Below, piece after piece: positions 60,539-64,000 of a stretch of DNA of 64,000 bases (within the stretch, counting starts at the first letter, position 1; each line of letters opens with the position of its first letter). This stretch comes from Aquificaceae bacterium. Lineage in GTDB: Bacteria > Aquificota > Aquificia > Aquificales > Aquificaceae. The stretch covers positions 1 through 64,000 of the forward strand of contig JAXSMZ010000004.1 of the NCBI GenBank assembly GCA_037924335.1, in the 5' to 3' direction. A program made the translations under genes and the position numbers. The notes below the pieces were generated by a model that ran no database searches, had not been told where the DNA came from, and was given only the letters and a program-made list of their open reading frames with translations.

Positions 60539-61855
60539 CTAACGGGTAGTGCATACAGAGCATACGTCAAAGCTCCTTAGCACCATCTCTGCCTGCACTG
60601 GGTTTCTTAAGCCAACTATAGCCTTTTCTGCAACACCCAAAAATCTCTCGCACCTTGGTCCCAAGTTCCACACGGAAGGTGTTATTATCTGATACCTAAC
60701 TATGGCACCTTTCTCTATCCATACACGGTGTATAAGTGTTCCTCTGGCTGCTTCAACAATGCCAACACCGCTCCCCGAGATATCCTCTGGCTTTCTATAA
60801 GATGAGTAAAAAGATGGCTCATCAACAGAAGTATAGATAGAAATAAGCTTATCCTTCACTGCAACAAGCATTTCCCAAACTTCAAGAACACGGGAGATGA
60901 CCCTTGTAACGTAACTGTCTTTAAAACTCTTGTGTACCCTTTTAATAAAGGGGTTTCCAGACAAAAACTGCCTGGCAAGAGGTCCAGTCTCATAAGGCAG
61001 TCCACCGTATCTAACAGCTCTAGCAGCTGAGTATGGGCTCTCATAACACTCTTTGACCTTTGAAAGGTTGAAAAAGCACAGTTTTTTCTCACCAGTAAAA
61101 TGCCCAGGGCTTACAAAAGGGAAGACCTCCCCACCTGTTATGAACCTGTTGTAAGATATGCCGAATTCTTCCATTCTGTGCTTCATGCATAGCTCTATAA
61201 AAATCCCCAAGTCTCCCCTGACATCCTCCCACAAGCCAGCCCCTCTTATGCTTTGAAAATCATCCTCTCCCATCCCCACCATATCCTCAAGGAAAAAGAG
61301 GAAGACTCTATCGAGTATAAGCAGAGCCTTAGATACGTCAGAATAAGTAGGGTTTGATGTAATACCTCCAGGAACTGCGTAGGAAGAGTGTGGCCATTGA
61401 CCACCAAACAAAGCCACAATCTTCAAAAGTTCTGAGGACACATTCAGTGCCTTCTTCCACTTTTCACCCCTGAAGGGCTCAAACCCGTTTAGACCCTCTC
61501 CAAGTCTTAAAAAGTCAGGCATAACAAAGAGATAGAACCACTTTATGTGGTTATGGATGATCTCTATCAGAAGGGTTATGTCCCTTAGCAATTTTGCCTT
61601 TCTGGAAAGTTTAACCTTACCTATGGCATCCTCTATAGCCTTTACGCAAGCCATTAGGTGTGCATGACCGCATATACCGCATACCCTTGGCGTTATAACA
61701 AGAGCGTCCATAAAAGGCCTTCCTTCAAGTACCCTCTCAATACCCCTAGAAGTTGGTATTCTTACCTTGGCATCGTTTATCTGTCCGTTCTTCCAAGAGA
61801 GCTCCAGCTCTGCAGTACCCTCAACTCTAGACAACAACCTCCTCTCAATCCTCAA
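60539..61855 (-). CDS. [NiFe] hydrogenase large subunit, cytoplasmic (group 2d-like)
   Basis: RVEG, RVCGICGHAH, EAARG, RSFDVCSVCTTR at the very C-terminus. Confidence 0.9.
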   Translation of the reverse strand: MRIERRLLSRVEGTAELELSWKNGQINDAKVRIPTSRGIERVLEGRPFMDALVITPRVCGICGHAHLMACVKAIEDAIGKVKLSRKAKLLRDITLLIEIIHNHIKWFYLFVMPDFLRLGEGLNGFEPFRGEKWKKALNVSSELLKIVALFGGQWPHSSYAVPGGITSNPTYSDVSKALLILDRVFLFFLEDMVGMGEDDFQSIRGAGLWEDVRGDLGIFIELCMKHRMEEFGISYNRFITGGEVFPFVSPGHFTGEKKLCFFNLSKVKECYESPYSAARAVRYGGLPYETGPLARQFLSGNPFIKRVHKSFKDSYVTRVISRVLEVWEMLVAVKDKLISIYTSVDEPSFYSSYRKPEDISGSGVGIVEAARGTLIHRVWIEKGAIVRYQIITPSVWNLGPRCERFLGVAEKAIVGLRNPVQAEMVLRSFDVCSVCTTR

Positions 61856-62702
61856 CTTTTAACCTCTCAGGCGCAAAGACCTTTGCAACTCCGGAGATCA
61901 TTATGTATCCCCTCTTAGAAACACCTATGGGAAGCTCTGCCGGTAAGCCGGCGAACTGCTTCGTTTCAAAGAGACCCATCCTTGGAAAATCAAACTCTGT
62001 ACAACCAAAGCATGGAGTCCCAGCTCTAGTTTTCGAACTGACGCAGTTCCACAGTACAGTATTGCATGAGGAGTGGGTCATGGGACCTCTACAACCGAAG
62101 TTATAAAAAAGGCAGCCCTTTTTAGAACCTAGCTGGTGCGTCTCTACTTTCCATTCAAAGTACTCGTTCCTTATGCATCCCCAATGCGTCAGATTTGAAT
62201 AATAATCCTTCGGTCTTCCCCATTCATCCAGCTTAAGCTTTGTACCCATGGATAAGTTCAGGAGGGTCCCAGCTATCCATTCGGGATGAGCAGGACATCC
62301 AGGTATGTTTATTACAGGAAGTCCACCCTTTGAGAGGAAATCAGTCCCTAAGAGTCCACCCTTCTCTTTGAACCTGTAACCGAGGCCAGAGACATCTTCC
62401 CTATGAAGGGCTGGAATGTTCCCATAGGATGCACAGCTTCCAACAGCAACAACAAAATCAACAACTTCAGATATCCTTTTTACCTCTTTATCATCTTTTT
62501 GTACAGCACCTTCAACAACGAGCACGTCAATCCTCTGTCCTCCGCTGAGCACTCTCTGCAATACTCTATGCTCACTCTCATTTGAAAGGGAAGGATGAAA
62601 GGCAAAATCTACGTTTTTTAACAGTGCCTCAATTTTTTCATAGTTTAGAAATGAGTGGGTGTTGCCACAGCAAGAGAGCCTCTGAAGCCACAGAATTCTC
62701 AT
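61845..62702 (-). CDS. [NiFe] hydrogenase small subunit without Tat signal
   Basis: WLQ..SCCGN, GSCA.YG, PGCPAHP, HWGC.R, GC.GP, PC.GC. Confidence 0.9.
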   Translation of the reverse strand: MRILWLQRLSCCGNTHSFLNYEKIEALLKNVDFAFHPSLSNESEHRVLQRVLSGGQRIDVLVVEGAVQKDDKEVKRISEVVDFVVAVGSCASYGNIPALHREDVSGLGYRFKEKGGLLGTDFLSKGGLPVINIPGCPAHPEWIAGTLLNLSMGTKLKLDEWGRPKDYYSNLTHWGCIRNEYFEWKVETHQLGSKKGCLFYNFGCRGPMTHSSCNTVLWNCVSSKTRAGTPCFGCTEFDFPRMGLFETKQFAGLPAELPIGVSKRGYIMISGVAKVFAPERLKVED

Positions 62703-63415
62703 CTTACAGCTTTTTTGTACATCTTCACTTTTAACTTTATGTAATCTATCCATTCTTCTAAACCTTCCCCAGTTTTGCAAGAAAGCATTATTACATCTAC
62801 GCTTGGCTTTATCCTCCTTGCAGAACTTATGGCTTCTCCAGGATTAAATTCCACGTAGGGGATAAGGTCCATCTTCGTTATAAGGAGGAGGTCTGCAGAC
62901 CTAAACATAACAGGGTACTTCTCGGGTTTATCATCCCCCTCCGTCGTAGAGAGCAAAACCACGTTCAGATGGGCTCCTACATCGTAGGATGCTGGACAAA
63001 CAAGATTTCCTACATTCTCCACAAATACCAAGTCAAGCTCTTCCATGGGAAGGTTATGTATACCCCCATGAACCATGAAGGCATCAAGATGACACGCACT
63101 ACCCGTAGTGATCTGGTAAGCGGGTGCTCCTTTTGCTTTTATCCTTTCTGCATCCCTGTTTGTTTCCAGGTCTCCTTCTATAACACCTATTCTAAAGTCT
63201 TTTCCCAGAATGTCTATTGTTCTCTCCAAAAGGGTTGTTTTGCCAGACCCCGGCGAACTCATAAGATTTATACAGTACACACCACACTCCTCAAAATGCT
63301 CCCTATTTTCTTGAGCTTGTTTGTCGTTAGCTTCGAGCACTTTTGCAAGAGCTTGAACAGTCTTGTGAGAAGAATGGTCATGTTCTGTGATTGAGCAACC
63401 ACACTCTCTACACAT
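62699..63415 (-). CDS. hypB: Hydrogenase nickel GTPase HypB
   Basis: MCRECGC start, SSPGSGKT, CHLDA, ENVGNLVCP, KYP. Confidence 0.97.
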   Translation of the reverse strand: MCRECGCSITEHDHSSHKTVQALAKVLEANDKQAQENREHFEECGVYCINLMSSPGSGKTTLLERTIDILGKDFRIGVIEGDLETNRDAERIKAKGAPAYQITTGSACHLDAFMVHGGIHNLPMEELDLVFVENVGNLVCPASYDVGAHLNVVLLSTTEGDDKPEKYPVMFRSADLLLITKMDLIPYVEFNPGEAISSARRIKPSVDVIMLSCKTGEGLEEWIDYIKLKVKMYKKAVR

Positions 63416-63496
63416 GGCAACCTCCGAATAGTTATTCATTCTTTAATATATATCCTTTAAAGTAGGTTGCAAGGTAGCCAAAGTATAATATTATCC

Positions 63497-64000
63497 ATGA
63501 AGATACCTTACTCCTGGCTTTCTGAGTTTCTCCACATAGAGGACGTACATCCCGAAGATGTGTGTAGAGAGCTAACTCTAAGGAGCGTTGAGACAAGCCT
63601 TTATAAGTTTGATACGCATATAGAGGGCGTTGTATTTGGAAGGGTCTTGGACCTGAGAGAGCATCCATCTAGGAAAGACCTTACGGTTTGCACAGTTGAT
63701 GTGGGAAAAGGTGATTATCTAAGGATAGTAACTGGTGACATGTCGGTAAAGGTAAAGGACGGTGTTATAGTTGCTCTGCCTAATTCAAGAGTGGGCAACC
63801 TGTATGTGAGTAAAAAAGAGATGAACGGTGTGGTTTCTGAAGGTATGCTTCTTTCTGCAAAGGAGCTTATGTTAGAAACCCATTCAGAGGGTATTTTGAA
63901 AGTGTATGAGGATATAAGACCTGGAACAACTGTCTATGAGATTTTAGGCTTCGGAGAGTACATATTGGAGATAGAGGTAACACCCAACAGAGGGGATCTG
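63497..64000 (+). CDS. pheT: Phenylalanine-tRNA ligase beta subunit (5' part, runs off the window)
   Basis: MKIPYSWLSEF.., HP..DL.VC.VD.G, GVVSEGMLLS..EL, EVTPNRGDL; not in the ORF track because it has no stop in the window. Confidence 0.95.
   Translation, partial: MKIPYSWLSEFLHIEDVHPEDVCRELTLRSVETSLYKFDTHIEGVVFGRVLDLREHPSRKDLTVCTVDVGKGDYLRIVTGDMSVKVKDGVIVALPNSRVGNLYVSKKEMNGVVSEGMLLSAKELMLETHSEGILKVYEDIRPGTTVYEILGFGEYILEIEVTPNRGDL

Noticed and set aside
63432..63668. 78-aa minus-strand ORF and the many other short antisense or alternate-frame ORFs in the track
   Set aside because: They are shadows of well-supported genes (here pheT) with no motifs or RBS.

Overview
Densely packed chromosomal segment of a thermophilic Aquificaceae bacterium, most like Hydrogenobacter. 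The assignment rests on the 2-oxoglutarate carboxylase pair cfiBA, a split carB, a stand-alone MnmD, an orphan nuoG, a cytoplasmic NiFe hydrogenase and CCA-less tRNAs. Most of the window is housekeeping and energy genes: selAB, pncB, thiO, pheA, purSQ, encapsulin, sorAB, ispF, bioF/bioD, arsRB, carA, ftsI, lysC, uppS/cdsA, groESL, mnmA, hyp genes and pheT. No CRISPR array, rRNA or prophage is visible. The main things to follow up are: (1) a four-gene operon with a Fur-like box encoding a porin, a di-haem lipoprotein, an SGAT flavinylation-motif protein and a duplicated His-bearing membrane protein, which looks like an uncharacterised envelope-spanning redox or iron-uptake conduit; (2) several protein-less IS200/IS605-type mini-elements that keep only the ends and a TnpB omegaRNA-like scaffold, one with a perfect internal sigma70 promoter, plus IscB/HEARO-like and nested TnpB remnants; (3) a cytochrome c-fused bd-like oxidase transcribed divergently from sorAB; (4) a tRNA-Phe gene overlapping two convergent tRNA-modification genes; (5) a possible antitoxin-Doc fusion; (6) a di-haem peroxidase with substituted catalytic residues; (7) two 26-bp bidirectional leaderless promoters with identical geometry. 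All family assignments come from motif recognition by eye; no database searches were run.
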